IMG/VR virus record: IMGVR_UViG_3300036832_001498
Coordinates: 1,924-65,923 of that record
Reading direction: 5' to 3' (one strand)
DNA length: 64,000 nucleotides
From: a virus
Taxonomy: Duplodnaviria > Caudoviricetes
Below are positions 45,178-54,227 of this stretch, one piece after another. A program made the translations under genes and the position numbers. Position 1 is the stretch's first letter. Every line of letters starts with the position of its first letter. A model generated the notes under the pieces. That model saw nothing but the letters and a program-made list of their open reading frames with translations, made no database searches and had not been told where the DNA came from.

Positions 45178-45978
45178 TCAAAACTCCAGTTCTTCTTTTT
45201 CTTCGGCTTCGCAATGCGGGCATTCGTAGCCTTGAAAGCGGCCATGCTTGTAGCACTGCGACCAAAGATCTTCCGCATCCTCGGGGTAGTCGGGATAGTC
45301 GCGATACTCGCGATGCTCGGGATAGTCGTGATACTCGGGAGCGGCGGGGCCATGGTCGGGATCGTGCAGCAGCGGATCAGGCAGCGCCGCCAGCTTGGGT
45401 GAGTAATCCGTTGTCGACAAGGTTTCCATCTTTCGCGTCACCGATTGCCTCACCCAATACGCAAAGCTCTTGTCGTAGGGGTTTTTATTTCTAGTGGCAT
45501 TGCGCCACCAGTCCTCGTGCTTTCCTTCTTTTGCGAACAGCCAGCCGAAGATCGTGAACCTCGGTAATCGATCTGCGAGCACCAGAATGAACTTCTCGTG
45601 GTCGAGATCTTCGTTGTGCAGAGTCAGGTCGCCCCACTTTTCGCTGTTGCCCCGCACCTGGAGCGTGCCGACGTCGGGCTTGAAATACTCCCCCAAGCGA
45701 CCTGACCAGTATTCGTTGCGCCACTTAGCGACCGAGTATTCGCAGCAGCCACCGATGAAGTTGTTCTGAACACCGCGCTTGGGATCGGGACCGCCGCCCC
45801 GGTAAGGCACGACCGGCTCACCCCGCCTCTCCCTGTCCTCGATGTAAGCAATGAAGCGGTCGGTTCCGGCGGTATTCGCAATGCGCAGCTCAGTTGACGA
45901 CAAGTAAACCTCGATGACCCTTCTGCCCTTCAGAGTGGTCTCGATGATCGGTTTTTTCAGCGTCGCCTCGACCATCAC
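45178..45978 (-). CDS. Hypothetical with PDY-type repeats and C-terminal CxxHG...CPxC motif
   Basis: GCCEYSVAKW, PDVG..QVR, FILV, GWL motifs; GAGGAG RBS. Confidence 0.6.
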   Translation of the reverse strand: MMVEATLKKPIIETTLKGRRVIEVYLSSTELRIANTAGTDRFIAYIEDRERRGEPVVPYRGGGPDPKRGVQNNFIGGCCEYSVAKWRNEYWSGRLGEYFKPDVGTLQVRGNSEKWGDLTLHNEDLDHEKFILVLADRLPRFTIFGWLFAKEGKHEDWWRNATRNKNPYDKSFAYWVRQSVTRKMETLSTTDYSPKLAALPDPLLHDPDHGPAAPEYHDYPEHREYRDYPDYPEDAEDLWSQCYKHGRFQGYECPHCEAEEKEELEF

Positions 45979-46820
45979 ACTCTCGCGGTTTCGCGCTCCT
46001 CGTCCTTCATCGCAGCGGGCATGATGGGGCGGCGGGTCTTGAGTTGAACGTGCATGCGGTCGCGGATGTCTTCCATAGCGCGGATGTGGACCTTGGCTTG
46101 ATGCAGCAGATGCTCCCAGACCTCGCGCAGCTGACCTTCGTCAATGGCTCCGGATTCGTACTGATCGATCATTTTTTTGTAGCTGGTGTTGTTGCGCTTG
46201 GTGAGTCCGTAGTAGCGCTGCGTCACCGCTCCCTTCCACGCGCCGGTGTTAGGAGTGCTGAAGTCATCGTGCTCGATCCTGCCGCGCAGCTTGCACTCCA
46301 CGTCAGTCACGTCGACGCGATAGAACGCAGCCGCCTTTTCCAGCGGCTCGCCGTCACTCACCGCTGCAGCTGCAGCGGCCACCCGCTGCCGCACCCAGCG
46401 CCGCGACGCCGCATCGAACATTTTCTTGCCGATGCTTTTGGGGTAAGGCAGAGCTGCCTTGATGCGCCGCGAGGAGTTCCCTGCAATCAGCAGATCGATG
46501 ATGGACTTGCACACATCGTTCCAGCTCAGCTCCTTCGAGCCACCCAGGTTGGCCTTGATCGCAGTCATCACCAGCTCAAGGTCGTCGTGCACCGGCGTCA
46601 CCTTGCACTCGACCTCCTCGACTTCCAGACGCTGCAGCGCCATCAGGCGATGACGGCCATCGATCAGGCGATTGTCCTGCGCGATCTCGAGCGGCGGTAT
46701 GGGCCCGGCATCGGCGGCGGTGTAGAGATCCATGAACATGTTGACGCGCTCTTCGCTGGCGTTGGAGCGCACGTAGGTGGTCACGCGAATCTGGTCGAGT
46801 CGGATGGTTTTTGTGCTCAT
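45975..46820 (-). CDS. ParB/Srx N-terminal domain protein
   Basis: IPPLEI...LIDGRHRLMAL. Confidence 0.75.
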   Translation of the reverse strand: MSTKTIRLDQIRVTTYVRSNASEERVNMFMDLYTAADAGPIPPLEIAQDNRLIDGRHRLMALQRLEVEEVECKVTPVHDDLELVMTAIKANLGGSKELSWNDVCKSIIDLLIAGNSSRRIKAALPYPKSIGKKMFDAASRRWVRQRVAAAAAAVSDGEPLEKAAAFYRVDVTDVECKLRGRIEHDDFSTPNTGAWKGAVTQRYYGLTKRNNTSYKKMIDQYESGAIDEGQLREVWEHLLHQAKVHIRAMEDIRDRMHVQLKTRRPIMPAAMKDEERETARV

Positions 46821-47095
46821 TGCTGTGCTCGATTCAGGATCTGCGCAGCGCTGTAGGTGCGCGATCCGGCTGGGGCTGTGCCCACGCTGTAGGAGGTTTG
46901 CTGATATTGGGCGTCGCTGCTGGTCTTCCGGCCCTTGGCGGTGACGGCGTAAGCCTCCTGGATCTCGCTGCTCACGTCACCCGGGCCCAGAACACCGAGA
47001 TTGCCACCACCGAGACCGCCATGCGCCGCCCGACGCAGCACCTGCTTGCTTTCCAGCTGCTTCAATACCTGCAGCGCCGGGCTTACGCAAAAGGG
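46817..47095 (-). CDS. Start-less -1 frame extension of 47083-47304 gene (frameshift product)
   Basis: About 90 open codons without own RBS/ATG; C CCT TTT slippery site at 47089-47095; stop coupled to ParB-like start. Confidence 0.55.
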   Translation of the reverse strand, partial: PFCVSPALQVLKQLESKQVLRRAAHGGLGGGNLGVLGPGDVSSEIQEAYAVTAKGRKTSSDAQYQQTSYSVGTAPAGSRTYSAAQILNRAQQ

Positions 47096-47304
47096 CTGAC
47101 GAGGATCTCCACCTGATCGAGGTCGTCGAGGTACTTCTCGGGAATGGCGCGAGCCGCGAGGATGCTTACCTGATCGGGATTCGCGGCCAGCACCCACTTC
47201 GGATCCTGCACGATCTCGGAGGCCAAGGCGATCTCCTCACCGTCTTTCTGCTTTTTGGGTTTGGGGTGGTACAGGACTGCATAAGCAAAGAGTCTTTTCT
47301 GCAT
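47083..47304 (-). CDS. Small phage protein (73 aa, ends VSPFA)
   Basis: AAGGAG RBS. Confidence 0.7.
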   Translation of the reverse strand: MQKRLFAYAVLYHPKPKKQKDGEEIALASEIVQDPKWVLAANPDQVSILAARAIPEKYLDDLDQVEILVSPFA

Positions 47305-47485
47305 AGGGATGCTCCTTCAAAAGCTCCTTCAAAATGAAAATTCCCCTGACTGGCTCGATGTCTTTCGAACTCCACCACGAGTGCCCGGCGAAGTTGCGCT
47401 CGTACTCCACCGGGCTGGGCTCGCCGTACTTGTACGCCGCGAGACGCTCGAAGAGCCGGGCTTCTATTTCAACTTCGCTTGCCAT
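47237..47485 (-). CDS. Hypothetical
   Basis: Fills gap in leftward gene chain. Confidence 0.4.
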   Translation of the reverse strand: MASEVEIEARLFERLAAYKYGEPSPVEYERNFAGHSWWSSKDIEPVRGIFILKELLKEHPYAEKTLCLCSPVPPQTQKAERR

Positions 47486-47853
47486 TCAGCACCCGGATCT
47501 TTGAAGTCTCCGAAGTTTTCGAACTGGAATGAACCATCCGGCATCAGCACCGCTGCGCGAAATTTGATGGGAAACATTTCCGCAGCGACCTTGATCTTGA
47601 CCCGCGCATCGTCCAGCCATCCGGCGCGGCCCGCGCTTTGCCAGTGCGCCTTGATCTCGACTGCTTCCAGCCGATCCTCGGCATCGACTACGAGAAAATC
47701 CGGCGTGTACCAGGTGCGGTCGGCCAGCCGGAACTTCACGCACTCGTACTCGTACCACTTGATCAGCTGCGCCTTTTGCATGTTGAACAGCTCGCGGGAG
47801 TACGCAGCCTCGGTCTTGTTCATCTCGCGAACCTGAAACGTGGCCAGTGTCAT
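47464..47853 (-). CDS. DUF1064-like PD-(D/E)xK nuclease
   Basis: MNKTEAAY, YTPDFLV...EIK, DDARVKIKVAA. Confidence 0.75.
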   Translation of the reverse strand: MTLATFQVREMNKTEAAYSRELFNMQKAQLIKWYEYECVKFRLADRTWYTPDFLVVDAEDRLEAVEIKAHWQSAGRAGWLDDARVKIKVAAEMFPIKFRAAVLMPDGSFQFENFGDFKDPGAEWQAKLK

Positions 47854-48119
47854 TCCGGCACCAGCGGCTTCAGGAATTTGGTCAGTCGTTCGTTGAAGGC
47901 ATTGCTCAGTGCGACCAGCTCATCGAGTCGGGGATTCTTCCCCCGGTTCTCGAACTGGTAAATGCTGGTGTGCGGCATCTGCGCCCGCTTGGCCAGCGCC
48001 CGCAGCGTCAGATGGCTTCTCCGCCGCCGCCGGTACAGATAGTTGCCGAACCTCTTCACCACCGGCGCGGGTTCGTCTCGCAAGCTTCTGGTCGTCTTCT
48101 TCTTTTTTCCCTTTGTCAT
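47850..48119 (-). CDS. XRE-family HTH protein
   Basis: LTLRALAKRAQMPHTSIYQFENRGKNPRLDELVAL. Confidence 0.75.
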   Translation of the reverse strand: MTKGKKKKTTRSLRDEPAPVVKRFGNYLYRRRRRSHLTLRALAKRAQMPHTSIYQFENRGKNPRLDELVALSNAFNERLTKFLKPLVPE

Positions 48120-48324
48120 TCGTTGCCTCATGCGCGAGGTGCCACTGCTTGCAGTACGGGCAGTGATACACAGTTGCCTTCGCGCCAATTTTGGAATTGC
48201 GTGTGAGATAGTCCGCCGTGCGCTCGGCCTGCTTCTTGGTTTCGTAGCGCCGCTTTCTCAGACAGCGCCAGTCGCGATCCGAGAAGCGGACGCCATGGAA
48301 CCGCGCATCGGACACCTCAGCCAT
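47920..48324 (-). CDS. Small Zn-binding phage protein (Y.CP.C..WHL type)
   Basis: KRRYETKKQA...VYHCPYCKQWHL. Confidence 0.55.
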   Translation of the reverse strand: MAEVSDARFHGVRFSDRDWRCLRKRRYETKKQAERTADYLTRNSKIGAKATVYHCPYCKQWHLAHEATNDKGKKEEDDQKLARRTRAGGEEVRQLSVPAAAEKPSDAAGAGQAGADAAHQHLPVREPGEESPTR

Positions 48325-49609
48325 CCTTTCTCGGCGTTGGCCGTCGAAATGGTTGTCGTTTCTGGTAGCGCTCGGAGGGGCCGCTGTAGGGCACCGGCGG
48401 GTGAGTTTCCTCGGCGGCGCACTTGGGGCACTCCGCTCCCTGGTAGTCCCCATGCTGATGGCAGCGTGACCAGAGTTCTTCCAGCGCAGGCTCAGGCTCG
48501 GCCAGCGCCTCCTGAGCTGCAGGCGTGGGCTCCGGCGGCGCGGCTTTGGGTTCTTCCTCGGGCTCGGGCTTGGGGCGATGTCTGGGTGCCGCGCTCGCCG
48601 CACCCAGAAATTTGGGTGCGCCACTCTCTGCCGCCGCTGGCGGCGCTGCGGCTGAGGAAGCAGGCGCAGGCACCGTCGCGGCAGGCGCTCCGGTGGCAGC
48701 AGCACTCGTCGCAGGCGGTGCTGCTGCGCTTGCCGGAGCAGCTGGCTGGGTTGAGTAGCGTTCTTTGATCTTGTTCAGACCAACCGCGCTCTTAGCAGCC
48801 AGATTCTCATCGCCCTTGGGGGCGAAGATCGATTCCACTGTGGCCGATCCCTCTTTCAACGCGTTGATGACGCCGCGCAGGGTCAGCAGATGTTCGCTGG
48901 TGATGTCCTCGATGCCCCTCACATCGAGCAAGGTGTAGATCTGCTCGGGCTTCACGCCCATCAGCAGAAAATGTTTCAGGGCGGCATCGCGGCGCACGCC
49001 CAGTGTCTTGACATCGCCCGCCACCACCTTGCGGGCCGCCTGATACGCCGCTTCCCAGTAGGGGCGCGGGATGCCACCGAGGATGGCGTTGCGCCGCGCA
49101 ATCGAGAGACCGGCGTTGGTGGTGGTCGCAATCATGTCGGCGTTGTAGCGCTTGCCGTCCTTGTCGGTGATGCGACGCTTCACCTCGTAGGTCACGCCCA
49201 TGTTGGTTTCGTAATCGCGGAACACGCCCTGCACCGTGATGAACTCATCGTCTTCGGCAATGGGCCGGGCTCCCGAGGTGTTGTTGCGCCAGGTTTGCGC
49301 GATGATTTCGGCGAAGCGGATCGAGGGCCCCTCGATGCTCTTGCCGCCACGAGGCAGCGCGTAGATGCATTCGTCCGCGATCTCCACGGACTTGGTCACC
49401 AGATCGCGAGCCTCGTTCGTGAAGATCTGGATGTTGCGCCGATTGGCCTGCGCCATCTCGATGCAGATCTGCATCTCACCGCGAGTGATCTGGGTGAGAG
49501 CGCTGTTGTCTCTCTTCGAGGGCGAGGGCGCGAGCAGCTCCTGCCGCTGCTGGATCACACCGGGTTGTATCTCCTGATTGAAGTCCGGGCTGTCGTCGTA
49601 GTAGGTCAT
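48317..49609 (-). CDS. Putative single-strand annealing/recombination partner of YqaJ
   Basis: YALPRGGKSIEGPSIRFAE motif; directly downstream of YqaJ exonuclease; Ala/Pro linker. Confidence 0.55.
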   Translation of the reverse strand: MTYYDDSPDFNQEIQPGVIQQRQELLAPSPSKRDNSALTQITRGEMQICIEMAQANRRNIQIFTNEARDLVTKSVEIADECIYALPRGGKSIEGPSIRFAEIIAQTWRNNTSGARPIAEDDEFITVQGVFRDYETNMGVTYEVKRRITDKDGKRYNADMIATTTNAGLSIARRNAILGGIPRPYWEAAYQAARKVVAGDVKTLGVRRDAALKHFLLMGVKPEQIYTLLDVRGIEDITSEHLLTLRGVINALKEGSATVESIFAPKGDENLAAKSAVGLNKIKERYSTQPAAPASAAAPPATSAAATGAPAATVPAPASSAAAPPAAAESGAPKFLGAASAAPRHRPKPEPEEEPKAAPPEPTPAAQEALAEPEPALEELWSRCHQHGDYQGAECPKCAAEETHPPVPYSGPSERYQKRQPFRRPTPRKDG

Positions 49610-49619
49610 TGCACTCCCT

Positions 49620-50717
49620 TCATCGTCGCCGCTTCTTTTCAAGCGATGAAACTGTGAGCCGCTTGCCCCCGGTGGCTTTGCCGCGAATGAAATATTTCTC
49701 GTAGATCTCGGGCTGCTCTTGCTTCAGGCGCTGCTGATCGAGGCCGCTCCAGGAGCCGTCGGTGCACAAAACTTTCCACTGGCGATTGACGATCACACCC
49801 GGCAGATCGCCGACCAGCTCCTTGATGCGCTGCGTGATCAGCTGCAGCGTGCCGCGCTCCATGGGGTCTTCGCTCTCGTGGGTCAGGTCCTCGATCTCGT
49901 CCCGGGTGTCGGTGTAGTCCTCGCAGGCCTGCGCCAGTTCGTCGTCCACGATCACCTTCAGAGGAGTTTTCTTTTCGTGCATGATGCGCTGCAGTTCGGC
50001 GGGATCGATCTGCTCGCCGCGACAGCTGAGCCGCCACGGGCAGAGCTTGCAGCGCACATCGTTGGGATCCTCGAGCGGCTCGGGCAGCTTGCCCTGGTCG
50101 ACCAGATCCCAGAAGCGGTCGTGTTCGCGGGCGAAGATCTCGAAGGTTTCCGGATCGGCTTCGATGTCGAAATATTTCAGCGGCGCTTCCGGCAGGAAGC
50201 CCAGCACGATGAACGCGCCCCACGCATGGCCGGTGATCCACAGACTCCACTGCAGCTGCAGCATGTGGCCGACCGGTAGGCCTTCGCGCAGAATGTGCAG
50301 GAACGGGCCTTCGGCGTGGGTCTTGATTTCAACGTCGCCGGTCGAGTGCCGGTCATCCGCGAGCACGATGCGATCTGTGTGCACGCCTGCTCCGGGGTAG
50401 TCCGGATGAAGGCGCAGGTTGTTCTGGCGGATCAGCTTTCTGCCCGTCAGCTCCATGTACATCTGCGCTGCTACATCCTCGAAGCGATGGCCGCGAGCGA
50501 ACAGGGCCCGGCGCGAGCTGGAGATGCGCTCGGGAAAATCTTCCGGAACTTGCAGCTTGCGATAACCCAGCGCCCGGGCGCAGCCGCGTCCGTACTGGCG
50601 CGTCGACAGCAGCTCAAAAACTTCGGAACCGCCGATGAAGCGGTGACAGATGCACACCTGTTCATGGCAGCGGGAGCAGGTGGAGGTCGAAGCAGGAGTC
50701 TGGGCCGGAGTGGCCAC
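49620..50717 (-). CDS. YqaJ / lambda-exonuclease family protein
   Basis: IGGSE, GHRFE, HTDRIV, VEIKT, QLQW. Confidence 0.85.
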   Translation of the reverse strand: MATPAQTPASTSTCSRCHEQVCICHRFIGGSEVFELLSTRQYGRGCARALGYRKLQVPEDFPERISSSRRALFARGHRFEDVAAQMYMELTGRKLIRQNNLRLHPDYPGAGVHTDRIVLADDRHSTGDVEIKTHAEGPFLHILREGLPVGHMLQLQWSLWITGHAWGAFIVLGFLPEAPLKYFDIEADPETFEIFAREHDRFWDLVDQGKLPEPLEDPNDVRCKLCPWRLSCRGEQIDPAELQRIMHEKKTPLKVIVDDELAQACEDYTDTRDEIEDLTHESEDPMERGTLQLITQRIKELVGDLPGVIVNRQWKVLCTDGSWSGLDQQRLKQEQPEIYEKYFIRGKATGGKRLTVSSLEKKRRR

Positions 50718-50802
50718 GGAACACTCTCGCTGCTGTAGACCTCATGCGACGGGGAAAATCAATCGCGTGGGAGCGTGCACTTCAAAACCGGGAACGAAGA
50801 CG

Positions 50803-50832
50803 ACCCTAACGCCGCCGCCTGTGAATTGTCAA
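50803..50832 (-). promoter_or_regulatory. Leftward promoter TTGACA-N18-TAGGGT for recombination operon
   Basis: AT-rich intergenic region upstream of YqaJ. Confidence 0.45.
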
Positions 50833-50891
50833 TAGTGATTTGAAAATTTTGTTTCCAGCGGGAACCATTCATGTTCTCGTGCTGCTACATC

Positions 50892-51596
50892 TCAAACCGC
50901 AGGCAGCAATGCCTGCATCTCGGCGACGGCCTGCTCGGCATCGCGCTTGCTCTCTGCGCCTTCCTCCTCGGCCATTTTCATCAGATCCGGCAGCCCGCCT
51001 GCAATCGAGGCATCGATCTCGGCGCGGGTGGCAGCTCGTCCCTGGCAGTACCACAAGGTCTCGAGCGGCGCTCCGACCTTGAACAGATAATCATTCGCGG
51101 TCGGCCCGCAATGCATCAGCGAAAAGCTGTGGGTGATCCACATCAGGGTCACGCCCGGATTGCGCAGCGACATGATGCCGGGCGCGTCCTTGTAATCGGC
51201 AGGCAGGTCGTCCATGCGTCTCACCACCTGCGGTTTGGTCAGGAAAGGACAGGCGATGGCGGCGAACTCGGCGCAGGCGCGATGCGAGGGCGGTTCGCTC
51301 GAGATGCGATTGATGGCGCACATGGGGCCGATCACGAACGCCAGATTGCTGCCCAGATTGCCGCCGCAGATCCAGCACAGCTTCAGCCGCACCGCCAGAT
51401 GCTTCTTGCGGGAATCGACCACCCGGAAGTCGGCGTGATCGATCTCCGGATCCGGCGGCAGCGTGCACGCCGAGCCGTCGGGGTGAAACCACTGCACGAA
51501 CCAGGGCACGGGGTAGCCGCGATGATCGACCGGCAGAGTCTTGATGCGCGAAGGCAGCGGGGGCAGATCGGGACGCAGTTCCATGAGATTGTCCAT
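50892..51596 (-). CDS. Conserved-type phage hypothetical (GYPVPWFV, CWICG, EPPSH..CA..CPFL)
   Basis: Cys/His motifs; GAGG RBS. Confidence 0.7.
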   Translation of the reverse strand: MDNLMELRPDLPPLPSRIKTLPVDHRGYPVPWFVQWFHPDGSACTLPPDPEIDHADFRVVDSRKKHLAVRLKLCWICGGNLGSNLAFVIGPMCAINRISSEPPSHRACAEFAAIACPFLTKPQVVRRMDDLPADYKDAPGIMSLRNPGVTLMWITHSFSLMHCGPTANDYLFKVGAPLETLWYCQGRAATRAEIDASIAGGLPDLMKMAEEEGAESKRDAEQAVAEMQALLPAV

Positions 51597-51933
51597 GAGA
51601 TCCTCGTCAATGTGTCTGGGGTGAAACGCTGAGGGAAATTCTAGCGCTCACGGGTACGGGCTGCAAGTCCGGAAGTTGTTTGGATTTCCGGCGGGCTCGT
51701 TTTCGTGTCTGCACTCGCGCCGCTGGTCGCCCGGTTCCGCCTCTGCCTTGGAGCGCCTTCCACTCGCGGCGTTTCTCCTCGCGAGGCCGGGTCTTCATTC
51801 GCACCCAGTCGCGGCAGGCCTCATAGCTCCCGCTCCACAGTCTGGACTTTCCCAGACACACCTCCCACATCGCTACTGAATCGAAGCAGGCGTAACGACG
51901 CATGCTGTATTTCGCGTGCACGGGCACCGCCGT

Positions 51934-52089
51934 TTATTTCGTCGTGATGTGTCCGAGATCGCCGACGATCAGCGACAGGAAGTAGCAGGCCAGCGCGGCC
52001 CAGCCCAGACTCCAGTTGGGAGCGCCAAAATTCTTCGCGGCCAAGCAGCAAAGCACGAAAGCAAACACCAGCAAAATGATCGAGATCAT
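51934..52089 (-). CDS. Small two-TM membrane protein
   Basis: GGAGG RBS; two hydrophobic segments. Confidence 0.6.
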   Translation of the reverse strand: MISIILLVFAFVLCCLAAKNFGAPNWSLGWAALACYFLSLIVGDLGHITTK

Positions 52090-52150
52090 GCTGTCCTCCG
52101 GAAGGGAATTTCCGCGAAGCCTATCACGGCGGCTGGTGTCTGCGCCAGAA

Positions 52151-52663
52151 CTAAACCCGCAGGATCCCGAGGCCATAGCTGCCGGGGTGGTACTCAGGGG
52201 TGAGCTTCAATCCCCCGGCATAGTCCTCCAGGGCGTTTCTGACTCCGGCCCCTAGCAGGTCGACGTCATGCATCAGGATTAGCCCTCCGCTGCGCATTAG
52301 AGGCCCGTACACGCGCAAATCGCTGCGGGCTGCGTCATAGGAGTGGTCGCCGTCGATAAACAGCACGTCGAGGGGTTCCGGGACGGCGGCAAGGATGTTG
52401 GGGGCATCGGTGAGCGAGTGCATCTGCAGGAAGGTCCAGCGCGGGTGCTGGGGGAAATGCATGCAGGGTTGGAAGTCGACCGACCACAGGTGGCCGCCTT
52501 CCTTGTCATCGAGCCCGCTCAGCAGGGCCGAGGTGGAAGCCCCGCCCCGGACTCCGATCTCCAGCATGTCGCCATGGGCGGACTCGCGCAGGAACGGCAG
52601 GTGGGCGACGATGTCGCAGCCCGGCTGCGCCAGATACAGGTCGTAGAGTGCCTGTGGTGTCAT
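52151..52663 (-). CDS. Class I SAM-dependent methyltransferase (Methyltransf_24-like)
   Basis: LEIGVRGGAST, LWSVD, LFIDGDHSY, GGLILMHD. Confidence 0.85.
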   Translation of the reverse strand: MTPQALYDLYLAQPGCDIVAHLPFLRESAHGDMLEIGVRGGASTSALLSGLDDKEGGHLWSVDFQPCMHFPQHPRWTFLQMHSLTDAPNILAAVPEPLDVLFIDGDHSYDAARSDLRVYGPLMRSGGLILMHDVDLLGAGVRNALEDYAGGLKLTPEYHPGSYGLGILRV

Positions 52664-52899
52664 GGCTTCTCGCTTTCCTCAGGCCTTGGCATCTCGGCCA
52701 ATTTTACCGGGTCTCCGGATTGCATCAGCTCCGGCACGTGCTCGATCCGGCCCTGCTTGAATTTGACCCAGCGCGAGATGTCTTCCAGGGTCTTACCCAG
52801 CATCCAGCTCGCAATGGGCGCGGTCCTAATGACCACGCCTGCCCGAAGAATCACTCCGAAGCAGGCGTAGTCCAGCGTGATGCGATAGAGACGGCTCAT
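52660..52899 (-). CDS. Hypothetical
   Basis: YACFGV...TAPIASWM.GK; coupled. Confidence 0.6.
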   Translation of the reverse strand: MSRLYRITLDYACFGVILRAGVVIRTAPIASWMLGKTLEDISRWVKFKQGRIEHVPELMQSGDPVKLAEMPRPEESEKP

Positions 52900-53096
52900 G
52901 GATACCGCTCCCGTTCGACGAAGTGGATCAGCGCTTTCACATCGATGAGTACGCGCCGCCCCAGCCTGTAGGCAGGCAGCTCGCCATGCCGTATGGCGTC
53001 ATCGATGGTTCGCGTGGAAACATCGATCAGCCGGGCGGCGTGCTGCCGACCTACGAACAGCTTTTCCTTGAGGTCGCTGGGGAGTTCCTCGCTCAT
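52896..53096 (-). CDS. Excisionase-type HTH (HTH_17) DNA-binding protein
   Basis: AARLIDVSTRTIDDAIRHGELPAYRLGRRVLI. Confidence 0.8.
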   Translation of the reverse strand: MSEELPSDLKEKLFVGRQHAARLIDVSTRTIDDAIRHGELPAYRLGRRVLIDVKALIHFVERERYP

Positions 53097-53347
53097 GCCG
53101 CCTTCTGTATGTCACCGAGCGGAACGCGGCAGCGCCGCTCGGTCCCCAGTGGCAGGATCGTCGCCCACTTGCGCCCCAGCTTCACCAGTACGGCGTGGCC
53201 CCATCCGCCCTGCCGCTTTCTCCAGAAGCGAATGGTCTCGCCGCAGCTGGGGCGGTGCTGTTTGCGGCAGCAGCTGCAACTGCCGTCCGGGTTGAGTTCG
53301 ACGACTTCGACATGTTCCATCAGACATTCTCCGCATTTCATTGTCAT
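53093..53347 (-). CDS. Small Zn-ribbon protein
   Basis: CGEC...CSCC; AGGAGCACAGC RBS. Confidence 0.6.
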   Translation of the reverse strand: MTMKCGECLMEHVEVVELNPDGSCSCCRKQHRPSCGETIRFWRKRQGGWGHAVLVKLGRKWATILPLGTERRCRVPLGDIQKAA

Positions 53348-53371
53348 TGTGCTGTGCTCCTGTTTTTGTGA

Positions 53372-53420
53372 GTCACCCAGTTTTGGGTGACTGAGAGTTG
53401 GTCACCCAAACTTGGGTGAC
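53372..53420. repeat. Two tandem 20-bp palindromes GTCACCCA-N4-TGGGTGAC
   Basis: At 53372-53391 and 53401-53420, between leftward -10 (TAAAAT) and RBS. Confidence 0.8.
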
Positions 53421-53544
53421 TCCTCAATTTTACCACCGCGGTTTCCGCAGACATGCGTTTTAGCCAGTGTTCATGCGGGTTTCAGCCATGTCGGCATTGC
53501 AAGCAAAGGAAATAAAAAATTTTCCAAGGGGGCTTGACAGCGGT

Positions 53545-53829
53545 TCACGCGTTGCCGCTCCCGGTCTGGCTCATGAAGCTTTGGCTCTCGGTCTGAACGA
53601 ATTCCTCCAGCTCGCGGGTCAGGACTTGGAGGCTTTCGTAGTAGGCCTTGACCTCGCCCGTTTCGCCTTTGCGCGGCAGCTTGGCGTTGGTCAGATCAAA
53701 CGCCGACAGTGCACCGGCATAGAAGATCAGGCGGGCATTGTGCGTGCTCGCCTGATCAAGACTGCCCTGCGCTTTCAGCACCTTCTCCAAGAAGTTTGCC
53801 CACTTCTGTTCAATCTGGCTTTCGCTCAT
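53545..53829 (-). CDS. Hypothetical (AFYAGA-type phage protein)
   Basis: RLIFYAGA; coupled. Confidence 0.6.
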   Translation of the reverse strand: MSESQIEQKWANFLEKVLKAQGSLDQASTHNARLIFYAGALSAFDLTNAKLPRKGETGEVKAYYESLQVLTRELEEFVQTESQSFMSQTGSGNA

Positions 53830-54227
53830 TTTCCGTGCTCCCGTGTGATCGTTCCAACTTTGAAACCGGTCGGGGGCTGCGGCTGCGCCAGAGCTGCTGG
53901 CGTGGTCGCGGTCGCTTCGTTGGATGCTATCGAAAGCCCGGGGCAGTTGGCGTTGCCATAAGCTTTCGCGGTGTAGTAGTACGTGGTCGAGGCTTGCACG
54001 GTCGCATCGGTGTAACTGCAGGCCGATGTCGCGGTGGGGTTGAGCGAGGTCGTGGACTCTCCTCCCGGCGTGGTCCCCCGATAAAACATGTAGCCTGCGA
54101 CGCAGGTGGAATTCGATGCCGTACAGGTGAGCAGAATCGTGTGTGCGCTCAGCGCCCTCGCTCCCACCTCTTGCGCCATCAGGCTCGAAGAAAAAAAGAC
54201 GAGGACGGCGATGAGAGCTTTTCTCAT
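53826..54227 (-). CDS. Secreted FN3-like protein (one domain)
   Basis: Signal peptide; LTCTAS...GYMFYRGTTPG...YTD..V....YYY. Confidence 0.7.
   Translation of the reverse strand: MRKALIAVLVFFSSSLMAQEVGARALSAHTILLTCTASNSTCVAGYMFYRGTTPGGESTTSLNPTATSACSYTDATVQASTTYYYTAKAYGNANCPGLSIASNEATATTPAALAQPQPPTGFKVGTITREHGK

Noticed and set aside
45280-45345. 9-bp-period repeat as a DNA element
   Set aside because: Explained as a PDY/HDY/REY tripeptide linker within the 45178-45978 protein.
45975-46820. Plasmid-prophage partition system
   Set aside because: No ParA/ParM ATPase seen; ParB/Srx-domain proteins are common in phage early regions and an integrase is present.
53372-53420. Mini-CRISPR array
   Set aside because: Only two 20-bp palindromes with a 9-bp gap; no spacer-length unique sequence and no cas genes.
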